64,000 nucleotides of DNA from a virus, in the IMG/VR virus record IMGVR_UViG_3300031603_000002, positions 32,596 through 96,595 of that record; one strand, written 5' to 3'. Shown piece after piece: positions 31,029-41,160 of the stretch. Under the pieces are notes generated by a model. The model was not told the origin of the DNA and ran no database searches. It saw nothing but the letters and a program-made list of their open reading frames with translations. Position 1 is the first letter of the stretch. Each line of letters begins with the position of its first letter. Position numbers and translations under genes: made by a program.

Positions 31029-31445
31029 ATGAAATACGGTATGACGGGCTCACGAAAAGGCATGTCACATGAACAATATCAAAAGTTTTTTGCGCTGTTA
31101 GAACGGTACCCGAAGCTTAACCATTTGATTCATGGCGACTGTCATGGTGCTGATACAGAGGCACACATGCTTGCTGTTGAAAAAGGCCATGAAGTTACAA
31201 TCCGACCGTGCGATTTCCCAGGAGCAAGAGCTCACTCGCATGCATCTACAATTCATGAAGAAAAACGCCCGTTAGTAAGGAACCACGACATCGTCGACGA
31301 AAGTGAAATGATGTTTGCGTTCCCAGCTCAGTGGAAAGAACAGTGGCGTGGCTCCGGGACCTGGGCAACAATTCGGTATGCAAAAAAAGCTGGGAAAATG
31401 CTCTGGGTCATTTATCCTGACGGATCTGTTGTGTCTCACGTGTAA
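31029..31445 (+). CDS. SLOG (YspA/DprA-like) nucleotide-binding protein
   Basis: GMTGSR, HGDC.GAD, PLVRN..IVD, SGTWATIRYA. Confidence 0.85.
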   Translation: MKYGMTGSRKGMSHEQYQKFFALLERYPKLNHLIHGDCHGADTEAHMLAVEKGHEVTIRPCDFPGARAHSHASTIHEEKRPLVRNHDIVDESEMMFAFPAQWKEQWRGSGTWATIRYAKKAGKMLWVIYPDGSVVSHV

Positions 31446-31468
31446 AACACCGAATATTGTGGTATAAT
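31441..31468 (+). promoter_or_regulatory. sigma70-like early/middle promoter TGTAAA-16-TATAAT
   Basis: same arrangement at 21449, 35939, 44222, 62214. Confidence 0.75.
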
Positions 31469-31506
31469 AAACATGTTCCCGGGGACGATACAAAGAGGCC
31501 AACTAA

Positions 31507-32742
31507 ATGCGTGTTACAGAAATTCTAAATACAGTGAATGAAACAAAAGGCACAAATGCCAAATTGGACATTCTACGAGCCAACGCCGACAACGAAACAC
31601 TGAAGCGTGTTTTGAAGCTCAGCCTTGACCAGACAATTCAATTCTGGGTCAAGAAGGTCCCAAAGATTAGCCTTCGCATTGATGTGAAGCACCCGCGGAC
31701 CGATGCCGAGATTTGGGAGCTGCTTTTCAACGTGTTGGAAATGTGCCAGGCACGAGAGCTTACTGGCAACGCCGCCCGCGAGGCAATCCTTGATGTGCTG
31801 GTTCAGGTCACTCCAGAAGATGAGTACTGGATGCGTCGACTGATTCAGAAGAAGTCAGCCGTTGGCATCGCCCGGACAACCACGAACAAGGTTTTCCCCG
31901 GACTCATCACGACATTCAAGGTCCAGCTCGCCGATAAGTGGAATGAGAAGACTGCTAAGAAAATGCCCGACCGGGTTTTCGCCGAGCCAAAGCTTGACGG
32001 AATCCGTCTTCTTTCAATCGTGCGGAATGGGACATGCGAATCGTATGCCCGTTCAGGCAAGCGAATCTCTAACTTCGATGATACCATCGGCAAAGAATTG
32101 GCCAGTCTACCAGAAGGTGTTTACGACGGCGAGGTTATGGATGAAGACTTCACTGCTTTAATGCGTCAATACCGTCGCAAGACAGGCGCAAACGTTACGA
32201 AATCGTACCTTACAGTTTTCGACTATGTCACATTGGAAGAATGGGACAATCGAAAAGGAACTGTAACGATGCGTGCTCGTCGTGATCTCCTTGAAGACAT
32301 TTTCATGGCTAATCGTCTCGAAGGTGTTTTCCTGATTGAGCAGGTCGAAGTTGACAAGTCCATGGACGCAATTGCGGTCTGGCAGGCCAAGTGGGAATCG
32401 CTAGGTTTTGAAGGCGCCATGGTTAAGAATCCGGATGCCGTTTACAAGTTCGGTCGCTCCCGTGACATGCTGAAGGTGAAGTCATTCATCGACATCGACC
32501 TTGAGGTTATCGGTTTCAAGGAAGGAACCGGCAAGAACATCGGAAAACTCGGTTCACTCTTCGTCGACCACAACGGCGTCGAGGTAAACGTTGGTTCTGG
32601 TTTCGATGACGAGCAGCGTGTCGAGATTTGGAACAACCAAGATGATTTCCTGGGAACCACAGCTGAGTGCCGGTACCAGGAAGAGACCGATGACGGTTCG
32701 CTACGATTCCCGACCTTCGTTTGCTGGAGGCTTGATAAGTAA
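31507..32742 (+). CDS. ATP-dependent DNA ligase
   Basis: EPKLDGIR, DGEV, EGAMVK, LKVK, VGSGF, SLRFP. Confidence 0.95.
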   Translation: MRVTEILNTVNETKGTNAKLDILRANADNETLKRVLKLSLDQTIQFWVKKVPKISLRIDVKHPRTDAEIWELLFNVLEMCQARELTGNAAREAILDVLVQVTPEDEYWMRRLIQKKSAVGIARTTTNKVFPGLITTFKVQLADKWNEKTAKKMPDRVFAEPKLDGIRLLSIVRNGTCESYARSGKRISNFDDTIGKELASLPEGVYDGEVMDEDFTALMRQYRRKTGANVTKSYLTVFDYVTLEEWDNRKGTVTMRARRDLLEDIFMANRLEGVFLIEQVEVDKSMDAIAVWQAKWESLGFEGAMVKNPDAVYKFGRSRDMLKVKSFIDIDLEVIGFKEGTGKNIGKLGSLFVDHNGVEVNVGSGFDDEQRVEIWNNQDDFLGTTAECRYQEETDDGSLRFPTFVCWRLDK

Positions 32743-32927
32743 TGGAATGTTTTGGGTGGCTTTTCATCATCGGAGGCATCACGCTATGTCTCTTCCTTTT
32801 GCGTGGTCCAAAGCTGTATCACAAGAGACAAGGCAAGCCCAGCGGTAAACGTCCTTCGTTGCCATTCTCACGATTGACAACTGAATATGAGGAACACCCT
32901 GGCATTCAGATCTACAAGGAGTGGTGA
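32742..32927 (+). CDS. small membrane protein
   Basis: N-terminal hydrophobic helix; TAATG coupling. Confidence 0.5.
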   Translation: MECFGWLFIIGGITLCLFLLRGPKLYHKRQGKPSGKRPSLPFSRLTTEYEEHPGIQIYKEW

Positions 32928-32930
32928 TAA

Positions 32931-33473
32931 ATGAGTTTACCCACACGAAAGTTTATTGAAAGCGAGATGACGAACCTGGCTGACTATGTCCAGAAACATC
33001 CAGACGCCAAGAACATCGCCACGGTTTTCTGTGCTCCCAAAGGTTATGCAAGTTCGTACCCGTGGAAAACAGGCGACACACTTCTTTACGTCGGCGAGAT
33101 GCATAACATGGCCGGTCATGGTGTGTTCGTTCCAAATAAAGGAAAAATCGTCTGGGGTTACCATCTGGACAGCTTTTACGTTGAGAAACATGATGAGTTT
33201 GAATATACGTCCGCCAGATTTTTGGTCGGGTTCAGCTACTTCAAAACGTCGTCATGGAGTATGCTAGCCCGTGAACCTTCAATCGTATCGTTTACAGCCC
33301 ATGCTTCAAAGGGGTTGGCATTGAATCTTGATTTCTGGATGGCAGAATCCCTAAAGGAAGGATGGCCGCCGATGACGAAGAACGATTTTTATGACAAGGT
33401 GATGCAGGAGGCCCTAGATTATTATCACGTCTGGGATGGGCCACGAGATGAGATGTTATGCAAAAATGGGTGA
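32931..33473 (+). CDS. hypothetical protein
   Basis: AGGAG SD; WKTGDTLLY SH3-like start. Confidence 0.6.
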   Translation: MSLPTRKFIESEMTNLADYVQKHPDAKNIATVFCAPKGYASSYPWKTGDTLLYVGEMHNMAGHGVFVPNKGKIVWGYHLDSFYVEKHDEFEYTSARFLVGFSYFKTSSWSMLAREPSIVSFTAHASKGLALNLDFWMAESLKEGWPPMTKNDFYDKVMQEALDYYHVWDGPRDEMLCKNG

Positions 33474-33742
33474 GCGTCCTTGGCAAAATGCCAAAGAAAG
33501 GTGATCTGGTACGCCTGACAAGGCTCGAACTTTCATCGACGACTTTCGGCGAGGTGACAACATATAGTTGCACACGCAATAACTGGCGTCCAGCAATGTG
33601 TTCAGGGGTGACACGCTCACACGATGCGAAATATATAACATTACAATTTCACGACAGAATGGAGTGGTTTTTCTTTGAAGATGATAAAGACAAAGTGCCC
33701 TTCGCAAAATACGAATTAGGAGTAATAGAAAATGGAAAATGA
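33458..33742 (+). CDS. SH3-like hypothetical protein
   Basis: MPKKGDLVRL. Confidence 0.55.
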   Translation: MQKWVSVLGKMPKKGDLVRLTRLELSSTTFGEVTTYSCTRNNWRPAMCSGVTRSHDAKYITLQFHDRMEWFFFEDDKDKVPFAKYELGVIENGK

Positions 33743-34244
33743 AATCAAATATGTCAATGGTGACGCAACAAAACCAATCGGTGAAGGTATAAAGTATATC
33801 ACGCATATCTGTAATGATATCGGGGGATGGGGACGCGGGTTTGTCCTGTCTCTATCGAAGGAACATCCGCATGCTGAAACAGCATACCGGTCGTGGTATC
33901 AGCAGAATGATGATGAGTTGTTTGAGCTTGGACGCGTCCAGCTCGTCGAGTCGAAGGATAAAATCACCGTCGTGAACATGATTGGCCAGCATGGCATCTT
34001 TACCAAAGATGGCGTACCCCCAATTCGCTATCCTGCTGTTCGATCTTGCTTCCACCAGGTTGCGAAGTTTGCAATAGGTGTTGGCGCCTCGGTTCACATG
34101 CCTCGAATTGGTTGTGGGTTGGCAGGCGGTAAATGGTCTGAGATTGAGAAAATCGTGAACGAAGAGTTGATCGCGAAGGGCATCGAAGTCTATGTGTATG
34201 ATTTCGACACAAAAGATGCCCGCACAATCCCTTGGAAGAAGTAA
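33732..34244 (+). CDS. macrodomain ADP-ribose hydrolase (DarG/TARG1-like)
   Basis: GDAT, HICNDIGGWGRGF, NMIGQ, MPRIGCGLAGGKW. Confidence 0.9.
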   Translation: MENEIKYVNGDATKPIGEGIKYITHICNDIGGWGRGFVLSLSKEHPHAETAYRSWYQQNDDELFELGRVQLVESKDKITVVNMIGQHGIFTKDGVPPIRYPAVRSCFHQVAKFAIGVGASVHMPRIGCGLAGGKWSEIEKIVNEELIAKGIEVYVYDFDTKDARTIPWKK

Positions 34245-34762
34245 TGATTACCAACACCGATGAATATTGGGACGCGATTCTTTGGGAAGCGTCGCAGGAA
34301 GACACCAAAACAATCATGATTTCGACGTATGGAATGTACGCCGGCGTTTCTGATACTGGCGAGAATACTGCAGCAAAGTACAGCTTTGATCGACGCCCAC
34401 AGCGAATCTTGGATTTGTCAAACAAGGGTAAGAAGGTGATCTTTCTGTTGTCGGAGAGTGATCCGATCATTTGTACTCCTGGCTGTGAACATTGCATTGC
34501 AAAATCGAAGAAACGCGACGCAAGGAATAATGCCCATTTCGAAGCATGGCCGAATGTCGCTTGGTTTATGACACAAAATCATCACCTCAAGGCATTTATC
34601 GTCCAGAAAAAGGATGGCCGAATTGTAGGATACACCGGAGGACGTAATTTCTCATCTTCTTCCTGGCGTGACGTTTCAGTTGCTCTTTCTGAGGACGACG
34701 CAGCAAACTTGATGAAACACCTGCTTTTCATTATAAAAACGTACGCCGTGAAATTGAACTGA
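34244..34762 (+). CDS. single-domain phospholipase D-family (HxK) protein, probable nuclease
   Basis: ISTYG, HHLKAFIV...YTGGRNFS. Confidence 0.7.
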   Translation: MITNTDEYWDAILWEASQEDTKTIMISTYGMYAGVSDTGENTAAKYSFDRRPQRILDLSNKGKKVIFLLSESDPIICTPGCEHCIAKSKKRDARNNAHFEAWPNVAWFMTQNHHLKAFIVQKKDGRIVGYTGGRNFSSSSWRDVSVALSEDDAANLMKHLLFIIKTYAVKLN

Positions 34763-34788
34763 TACTTAGTGTCACAACAGGGGAAACT

Positions 34789-35127
34789 ATGAAAATCACA
34801 AAAAACCAATTGCGCAGACTGGTTCGAGAGCAACTTGAGCCCAGTTCAAAATGGGAAGTGCTTGTCAGGCATTCACAAGATCCTAATGCTATAAAGGGTG
34901 CTCCAGGCGTCCAAGAAGCTCTGCGGGCTCTAGCACTCGAGGTTTCCGAGCTTGGCGTATATAGCGATCAGCATGGCGCCGCGATGGACATACTCGAATC
35001 CGCCGGAATGTCATACAAGGACACGTACCAATATGCAGAAGATGCTATGCGGAATTACGGTAATGTTGAAGAAGGCGATGAAGATTGGGACGACGAAGGC
35101 GAAGGCGACGGCGAAGAAGACTGGTAG
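34789..35127 (+). CDS. leader-bearing putative head-internal protein
   Basis: MKITKNQLRRLVREQ; ATACTTA at 34762; acidic tail. Confidence 0.75.
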   Translation: MKITKNQLRRLVREQLEPSSKWEVLVRHSQDPNAIKGAPGVQEALRALALEVSELGVYSDQHGAAMDILESAGMSYKDTYQYAEDAMRNYGNVEEGDEDWDDEGEGDGEEDW

Positions 35128-35160
35128 CATCCGCGAATAACTCAAACAAAAAGGTGACAA

Positions 35161-35943
35161 ATGCCAGAAGGCGCAGAATGCAAGCTAATTGGTGAGTCTC
35201 TAGCAAAAATGGTGGGCCTTCGTCGCGTTACGTCGATTGAGCCTATCACAGGAAGATATACAAAAAAGCCAATCGAGGGTGTTGAGAATATTCTCGGTGC
35301 CAAGGTCGTTGGCATCGGTGTTAAGGGGAAATTGCTCTTCTGGATATTCGATAACGACCACTTTCTATTAAACACATTGGGAATGTCGGGAGCCTGGTCT
35401 TCTGAGCAACCAAAGAATACCAGAGTCAGCATTGAATTTGACACCGGTAAGCCTGTCTATTTTGCTGACCCACGAGGTTTTGGGACGCTGAAGGCGATTT
35501 ACGGGCGCACGGCATTCCTAAAGAAGCTGGAATCTCTAGGTCCTGACATGCTGACTGAGCCACCGTCATTGGAGGAGTTCACGGCAAGACTGGACACAAA
35601 ACCCCATTGGACAATCTGTAAGGCATTGATGGACCAAGGAGTCATCTCAGGCGTAGGAAACTACGTAAAGGCAGAATCCCTTTACCGAGCGACCGTGTGG
35701 CCTGGGACGACCGTCGCGGCGATGTCCGGCAAGGAAATCAAAGGATTGTATCATGCGATTCTCGGGGTTCTGCAGGAGAGCTACGATTTAGGCTTGAGCG
35801 GGTTGTACGGTAATCATGACAGGTTTCAAGTGTACGGAAAGAAAACTGACCCGTATGGGAACGAAGTGAAGAAAACAGAGTTCTCAGACAAGCGTGTGAC
35901 GCATTGGGTTCCTGCCGTACAAGGCGTTCAAAATAAAGTGTAA
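35161..35943 (+). CDS. mutM: Fpg/Nei DNA glycosylase with zincless finger
   Basis: MPEG.E N-terminus, KGK, LGMSG, D.RGFG, LGPD, GVGNYVKAE. Confidence 0.9.
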   Translation: MPEGAECKLIGESLAKMVGLRRVTSIEPITGRYTKKPIEGVENILGAKVVGIGVKGKLLFWIFDNDHFLLNTLGMSGAWSSEQPKNTRVSIEFDTGKPVYFADPRGFGTLKAIYGRTAFLKKLESLGPDMLTEPPSLEEFTARLDTKPHWTICKALMDQGVISGVGNYVKAESLYRATVWPGTTVAAMSGKEIKGLYHAILGVLQESYDLGLSGLYGNHDRFQVYGKKTDPYGNEVKKTEFSDKRVTHWVPAVQGVQNKV

Positions 35944-35990
35944 ACATCACAGATTACCATTATAGTATTGATATTACTTATGAGGAATCT

Positions 35991-36575
35991 ATGGAAAAGA
36001 CACCCGACTATGGCCACGCGCCGTCAAATTATTCTACCGAAGACACAACCTGGAAAAGGTACTGTAAGAAGTTGCTTCAAAGCACAACACAAAGACTGTC
36101 AAATCAGTTCCTAGACAACGTTGTCACGGAGTGTATTGTCACAAACGACGACCGGAGCATTAACTATTTCGATGAGGAAAAGTTTTTGAATCTCGCTGGC
36201 GAGTTTTTCGACAAGACATTTATTGAGGTTATAATCAACACCAATAGCGATCGCTTGAGCACAGCCAAAATTACATATGTGAAAGAACCCAAAGAACAGA
36301 AGGCTTCCTGGGAATTGGCGCTTTCGGCGGTCCAGAATAACGACAGAATAGTCAAGGGCGCCGCAGGTGCTATCGACATCGAAAACGACGAACGTTTCGA
36401 TGTCGACGGTATGGATCAGCTAATGGCAAGTCTTGAAGTCTTGTCAGCCCGTGACAAAGCAAAACGAAAAGAAAAATTCGGAACAGAGATTGACACAAGC
36501 AGACTCCACAAGTGTGGCGAAATCATGTGGCACGAAGGACCTAAAAAAGATGATCTTACGATCGAGGACAAGTAA
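35991..36575 (+). CDS. hypothetical protein
   Basis: TGTAAA-16-TATAGT upstream; GAGG SD. Confidence 0.65.
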   Translation: MEKTPDYGHAPSNYSTEDTTWKRYCKKLLQSTTQRLSNQFLDNVVTECIVTNDDRSINYFDEEKFLNLAGEFFDKTFIEVIINTNSDRLSTAKITYVKEPKEQKASWELALSAVQNNDRIVKGAAGAIDIENDERFDVDGMDQLMASLEVLSARDKAKRKEKFGTEIDTSRLHKCGEIMWHEGPKKDDLTIEDK

Positions 36576-36803
36576 ATGAAACTATCAGACAACAGCATTT
36601 CACAATTGGTACGGGTTTTGCAGCTCGCAATTCTCACCGGAACTGATGTAACGGACAACATTCGAATGATTCAATTCGTTGAGGAAGATGGATTCCTCGA
36701 GCTTGATGATGAGTATCTGTCGACGTTTGAAGACAATCTCACCAAACTTAGCGACAGCGGTGATGAAATCCGTGAAGCACGAGTTCCAAAGGACGCTAAC
36801 TAA
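36576..36803 (+). CDS. hypothetical protein
   Basis: LQLAILTGTDVTDNIR; coupled. Confidence 0.65.
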   Translation: MKLSDNSISQLVRVLQLAILTGTDVTDNIRMIQFVEEDGFLELDDEYLSTFEDNLTKLSDSGDEIREARVPKDAN

Positions 36804-37171
36804 TGGCTGATCGTCTCAATCGTATGTTCGTGCAACAACGGGCATTTATCAAACTTTTGGAGGAGAAGCGAGGACATCCCTCGGCTCCACTTGATTTGAC
36901 TGATAAAAAGAATCAGCAATTCCTGAAGCATTTATCGCATGAGTGTATGAATGAGCTTTTTGAGTCGATCGCCCACCTGAAAAACACAAAGATTCATCGA
37001 GCGACGAATTTGCCTGATTTCAATCGTGAGGAATATAAGGAAGAGCTCAGCGATGTGTTGCATTACCTAATTGGCATCATGATCTATTCTGATATCGACT
37101 ACGAAGAAATCTTTGAGATGTATATGAAGAAAGGTGAAGTCAACGTGAAACGAATCGAAACAGGATACTAA
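36803..37171 (+). CDS. all-alpha NTP pyrophosphatase (MazG/dimeric dUTPase/dCTPase-like)
   Basis: E..ELFE...KEELSDVLHY...Y.KK..VN..R...GY. Confidence 0.8.
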   Translation: MADRLNRMFVQQRAFIKLLEEKRGHPSAPLDLTDKKNQQFLKHLSHECMNELFESIAHLKNTKIHRATNLPDFNREEYKEELSDVLHYLIGIMIYSDIDYEEIFEMYMKKGEVNVKRIETGY

Positions 37172-37399
37172 ATGCTATCGCAAAATGTAAAGCAGAGAAT
37201 CAGGGGTGCAGTAGCGCTTGGTGCCCAAATTGTTGGGCCAAAGCTGGTTCCAACAACAGCTCACCCGGTGAGAAACCCACATGCCCATTTGTGGCGAGAA
37301 ATCAAAACAAAAATGGGCAAATCATATTCTGAATGTGAAGACGCCGATGAGAAAGAAATCATGGAAGTCATCAAGTTCTATGTCGAAAACCCGCGCTAA
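37172..37399 (+). CDS. hypothetical protein
   Basis: HPVRNPHAHLW...GKSY; coupled. Confidence 0.6.
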   Translation: MLSQNVKQRIRGAVALGAQIVGPKLVPTTAHPVRNPHAHLWREIKTKMGKSYSECEDADEKEIMEVIKFYVENPR

Positions 37400-37408
37400 A
37401 GAGAAATT

Positions 37409-38353
37409 ATGAAACTCAAGAAAATGCTGAAAAGGCAGAAGAAGTTTTCTGACTGCTTTTTCGATTCAAAGTCATTAACTGAAGCTGAAAAAATTGAGCT
37501 TCATAAAACCTTTTGCCTTTCGATGCACTCTGAGTTGTCATTCTTGGCGAACACGGTGCAATATCGAGATCATCGACCGACAAGCGTAGCGACCCATCGT
37601 GAGAACATTTTGTTCGAGACAATGGACGTTATGCGATATTCCATGGCGATGCTCAATTTGTGGGACTTCTCCATTGAAGAAATTGAGCATGCATTCAAGT
37701 CACGTGCAGCACATCTCGAAAATCGAAATGTAAAGAACATCGAAAGCTGGAATGGCAATCCCGTGATCATATGTGATATGGATGATGTCCTGACGCGGTT
37801 CCGCGAAGATTTCTATGGCTGGATAAATACAGCATACGACCAGGAATTAGATGAGAAATCAGGCGAGTATTACCTGAAGAGTACCGTTGAGGGAAAATCA
37901 AGTGATGCACTCCTTGCAGAATTCACTCACGGTGGGCATAATGAGGATCTAGGCGTTAACACTCATATGATTGCAGAACTAAAGCAACTTCATGATGCCG
38001 GCTACTGGATTCATATTTTGACAGCACGGCCATCGAGTAACCTGAAGTGCCTATATGAAACGTATGAATGGCTGGCAAAGCATGCCCCGTTTTTTGATTC
38101 TGTTTCATTGCAGTCAGAGAAATACCTCTGGTTGGCGAGCACCGAACCTTACAAGGCAGGACAGGTTGTATGCGCGATTGATGATTCGCCGAAACATGCA
38201 GCAGAATTTGCCCAGCACGGTATCCCAACACTGGTTCCAAAAAGGAATTACAACCGCTCAGTGTGGAAAAATGAGAACGTCACGTACTTCGATTGGGAGC
38301 GCGGATCGATTCAAAAATATGTTGCAGAATGCTTGAACAACATCGGCGCATAA
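37409..38353 (+). CDS. MazG-like domain fused to HAD 5'(3')-deoxyribonucleotidase
   Basis: N-term SEL...FETMDV.RY; C-term CDMDDVL, LTAR, IDDSP. Confidence 0.75.
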   Translation: MKLKKMLKRQKKFSDCFFDSKSLTEAEKIELHKTFCLSMHSELSFLANTVQYRDHRPTSVATHRENILFETMDVMRYSMAMLNLWDFSIEEIEHAFKSRAAHLENRNVKNIESWNGNPVIICDMDDVLTRFREDFYGWINTAYDQELDEKSGEYYLKSTVEGKSSDALLAEFTHGGHNEDLGVNTHMIAELKQLHDAGYWIHILTARPSSNLKCLYETYEWLAKHAPFFDSVSLQSEKYLWLASTEPYKAGQVVCAIDDSPKHAAEFAQHGIPTLVPKRNYNRSVWKNENVTYFDWERGSIQKYVAECLNNIGA

Positions 38354-38397
38354 GTTACTATATCTAAAGTTCGACAACACAAAAAAGGAGCACAATC

Positions 38398-39333
38398 GTG
38401 ACGGCTACAAGAGGATTCAAGGATATTGAGGTTACCCTATTGGACAGTGGAAACCCAGAACCATTCAAGATGTTTTGGAATTGGTACCGTGAGACATGGT
38501 ATTCACTTCGAAACCAGGAGTACGACCCGAAGAACCCTGAGCATCGTAAAGCATGTGAGGATGTGGTCGCAGCACGTGCTCTTCCGATTCCCCAGGAGGC
38601 CCTAAGCTTCCAGGTTCGTGTCGAGGGACTTAGTCGGGTTGGACTGGCACAATTCACAAGAGGCCGTATTGGGTGGGCCTATGTTGTGACGTCGCAAATG
38701 CCAGAGGCAATCGAGCATGCAGTTACGGTTCCAACCAATGTCTACGATTTTGGTTTTGGAGACGAGGCTGAGAAGTTGGTTGCAAAGTCACAGGAATTGT
38801 ACGACAAAATGCTTGAGGCAGGTATTCCTCCACAAGATTGTCGATACCTGACGATTCATGGCCAACAAACAAACCTCACATGTGTGGTCAACTTCATGGC
38901 CCTAAAAGGCTACTTTGCCCGCCGGTGTGAAAATGGTCTGACTGACGAGTTGAATTTGGTTGGTCGTAAGATTCTGTGTGAGCTGAAAAAGGTGCATCTC
39001 AATGCCGATGGAACCGACAAGGTCGTAGGTTCAGGCTGGTCTTTCTTGATGACTAAGCTCGAAGCGATGGGAGGTAATCGCCATTGTCTAAACAGCGACA
39101 AGGTTTTCGGCAATACGGGTCGTGCAGAGAGCGCAGGCCAATGGATTCCATCGCTTGTGAATGAAAACAACCTATGCGATTTTGATTTCAGCAAATCAGC
39201 GTGGTACAAAGAATTGCTTGAGTTACCAGACGAATTATTGTTCGCCGGTGAGAGAGAAATGATCAACGACTGGAAATCGATTGGTTTTAAGGGTCGTCTC
39301 AACAAGCTTGCAGGTCGCCCGGTGAGCAAGTAA
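38398..39333 (+). CDS. divergent ThyX-family flavoprotein
   Basis: E.LSF..EGLSR..AQFTRGR...SQ, YDKMLEAGIP.QDCRY, N...L..YF.RR; RHR motif altered to RGR. Confidence 0.75.
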   Translation: MTATRGFKDIEVTLLDSGNPEPFKMFWNWYRETWYSLRNQEYDPKNPEHRKACEDVVAARALPIPQEALSFQVRVEGLSRVGLAQFTRGRIGWAYVVTSQMPEAIEHAVTVPTNVYDFGFGDEAEKLVAKSQELYDKMLEAGIPPQDCRYLTIHGQQTNLTCVVNFMALKGYFARRCENGLTDELNLVGRKILCELKKVHLNADGTDKVVGSGWSFLMTKLEAMGGNRHCLNSDKVFGNTGRAESAGQWIPSLVNENNLCDFDFSKSAWYKELLELPDELLFAGEREMINDWKSIGFKGRLNKLAGRPVSK

Positions 39334-40382
39334 TGGCCGAGATATTGACGGCAGCTGATTTTGCAAGTTTCAAATCCCTAAAACAGGGCGGGTTCTCTAA
39401 CAAAGACCAGGATGCAATCTTGGCTAAGATCGTACAATATCTCAAACAAATTGATGGGTTCCCAAGTGAGTATCCATTGACAGGTCGTCCGTTTCCAGAG
39501 AACCCGACATTCAAAGACATCAGGTCGTTCGATGATGAATCGGTGCTGCTGTCAGAGAGTGGTTCAGCAGAAAATGAAGATTGGCATAAGGTTTACAACA
39601 AACCGTCGTATGTCCTGAATTCGTTCTGCTATTACCATTTTGGTTCAAATACGATGATGAATGCATTGATTAGTGCGTTCGGAAAGTTTGAATATATGCC
39701 AAAGGTGATTCTGGATTTCGGGGGCGGTTGTGGACTGACAACGGCACACTTGGCTAGGGCCTTTCCTGATACAGAGGTTCACGTTCTAAATAAGCCAGGT
39801 ATCCAGTTGGAGCTGGCGAAGAATTTTGCAGACAACATCGACAACATGTTCGCGCATGAGATTGATGATTATGACGATGAGATTCCTTTGAAGGCGGACG
39901 TTGTCGTGGCCCTTGATGTTTTCGAACATGTCTATAGGCCCCTCGAGGTCCTGGACAAAATTGTCACACCTGATTGCAAGTTCTTCGTTGAGAACACACC
40001 GTTCAAGACTCCTGGACTTGGACACTTTTCGTTGTTCGAAACGTATGGTCACCCATGTTCCAGGAGGGCATCTCGAAATACAGACCGGGATGCACTTCGC
40101 AAAGCGCTAAAAGACAATGTTTCAATCGATGAAATTATTGCCGCTGGAATTGTCCCGGATGTCAACATCTTATTCAATCACAGGATTCGTCATCACGGAT
40201 TTCATGATGGAGTTGTAAAGCTGTTCAATTCACGTCCAAAGGTTCATATCAATGCTGACATTTGTGAAGAAATTGATGAGAGAACGAAGGATTGGTCAAG
40301 GAATACTCGCCGCCTGATGAAAAATGGTTCCCTCAAGGCTGACTACCGAAAGAAGATGGAAGTCCCGGAGAATCTACAATGA
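39333..40382 (+). CDS. class I SAM-dependent methyltransferase
   Basis: VILDFGGGCG, DVVVALDVFEHV. Confidence 0.8.
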   Translation: MAEILTAADFASFKSLKQGGFSNKDQDAILAKIVQYLKQIDGFPSEYPLTGRPFPENPTFKDIRSFDDESVLLSESGSAENEDWHKVYNKPSYVLNSFCYYHFGSNTMMNALISAFGKFEYMPKVILDFGGGCGLTTAHLARAFPDTEVHVLNKPGIQLELAKNFADNIDNMFAHEIDDYDDEIPLKADVVVALDVFEHVYRPLEVLDKIVTPDCKFFVENTPFKTPGLGHFSLFETYGHPCSRRASRNTDRDALRKALKDNVSIDEIIAAGIVPDVNILFNHRIRHHGFHDGVVKLFNSRPKVHINADICEEIDERTKDWSRNTRRLMKNGSLKADYRKKMEVPENLQ

Positions 40383-40912
40383 GCCAGCAGATCGTGATAT
40401 TCGATGGTCCGGACAATTGTGGCAAAACCAATATGGCATTGGATTTGGCAAAGCGGACTCGCGTTACATACTTCAAAAACAAGGACGAACACAAATATTT
40501 CCTGTCAGATCCGTCGTACTTCAAGAACGCGATTCGCTATGTGGACACGTATTTCACATCTTACCTCGAGGCATCTGGCAATTCGGTCATTCTGGATAGG
40601 GCGTGGCCATCAGAGTACGTCTACAGTCATGTTCTGAATAGGCCAACAGACATGGCGGTTTTAGAGGCCTTAGATGCAAGGCATGCAGTGTTAGGCACGA
40701 AGATTATCATCCCATTTCGGACTGATTATTCGATGTGCAAAGACGATTATAAGATTGTGAATGACACAATCAAAAACATTCATGATAGGTATCATGAGTT
40801 TGCAGAGTGGTCAAAGTGTCGCACTCTGCTATTGAACGTAGACGATGAAGATCTCAGTCGAGAAATGGATGAAATCCTTCCATTTTTGGGTATGGCTAAT
40901 CTCACAAAGTAG
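40379..40912 (+). CDS. deoxynucleoside monophosphate (thymidylate-like) kinase
   Basis: IFDGPDNCGKT, ILDRAWPSEYVYS. Confidence 0.85.
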   Translation: MSQQIVIFDGPDNCGKTNMALDLAKRTRVTYFKNKDEHKYFLSDPSYFKNAIRYVDTYFTSYLEASGNSVILDRAWPSEYVYSHVLNRPTDMAVLEALDARHAVLGTKIIIPFRTDYSMCKDDYKIVNDTIKNIHDRYHEFAEWSKCRTLLLNVDDEDLSREMDEILPFLGMANLTK

Positions 40913-40920
40913 GAAAATAA

Positions 40921-41118
40921 ATGACATTTCAAGAGTTGAAAAAAGAGAATATAAAAGGTGCGAAATCAATAGGCTATCATGTTTATCACGAATCACCAGA
41001 TTGTGTGATTTTGTGCAAGAACGATTTCGCGCAGGAGTGGATAGTCACCAATGAGGGCATTCTCGCAAATGGTAGGCCCACCACTGAAGTTGAGCGCACA
41101 TGGTTACGCAACCAGTAA
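40921..41118 (+). CDS. hypothetical protein
   Basis: AGGA SD. Confidence 0.5.
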   Translation: MTFQELKKENIKGAKSIGYHVYHESPDCVILCKNDFAQEWIVTNEGILANGRPTTEVERTWLRNQ

Positions 41119-41160
41119 ATTACTTTTTTACATTTCTACAATAACAGATACTTATTAACC

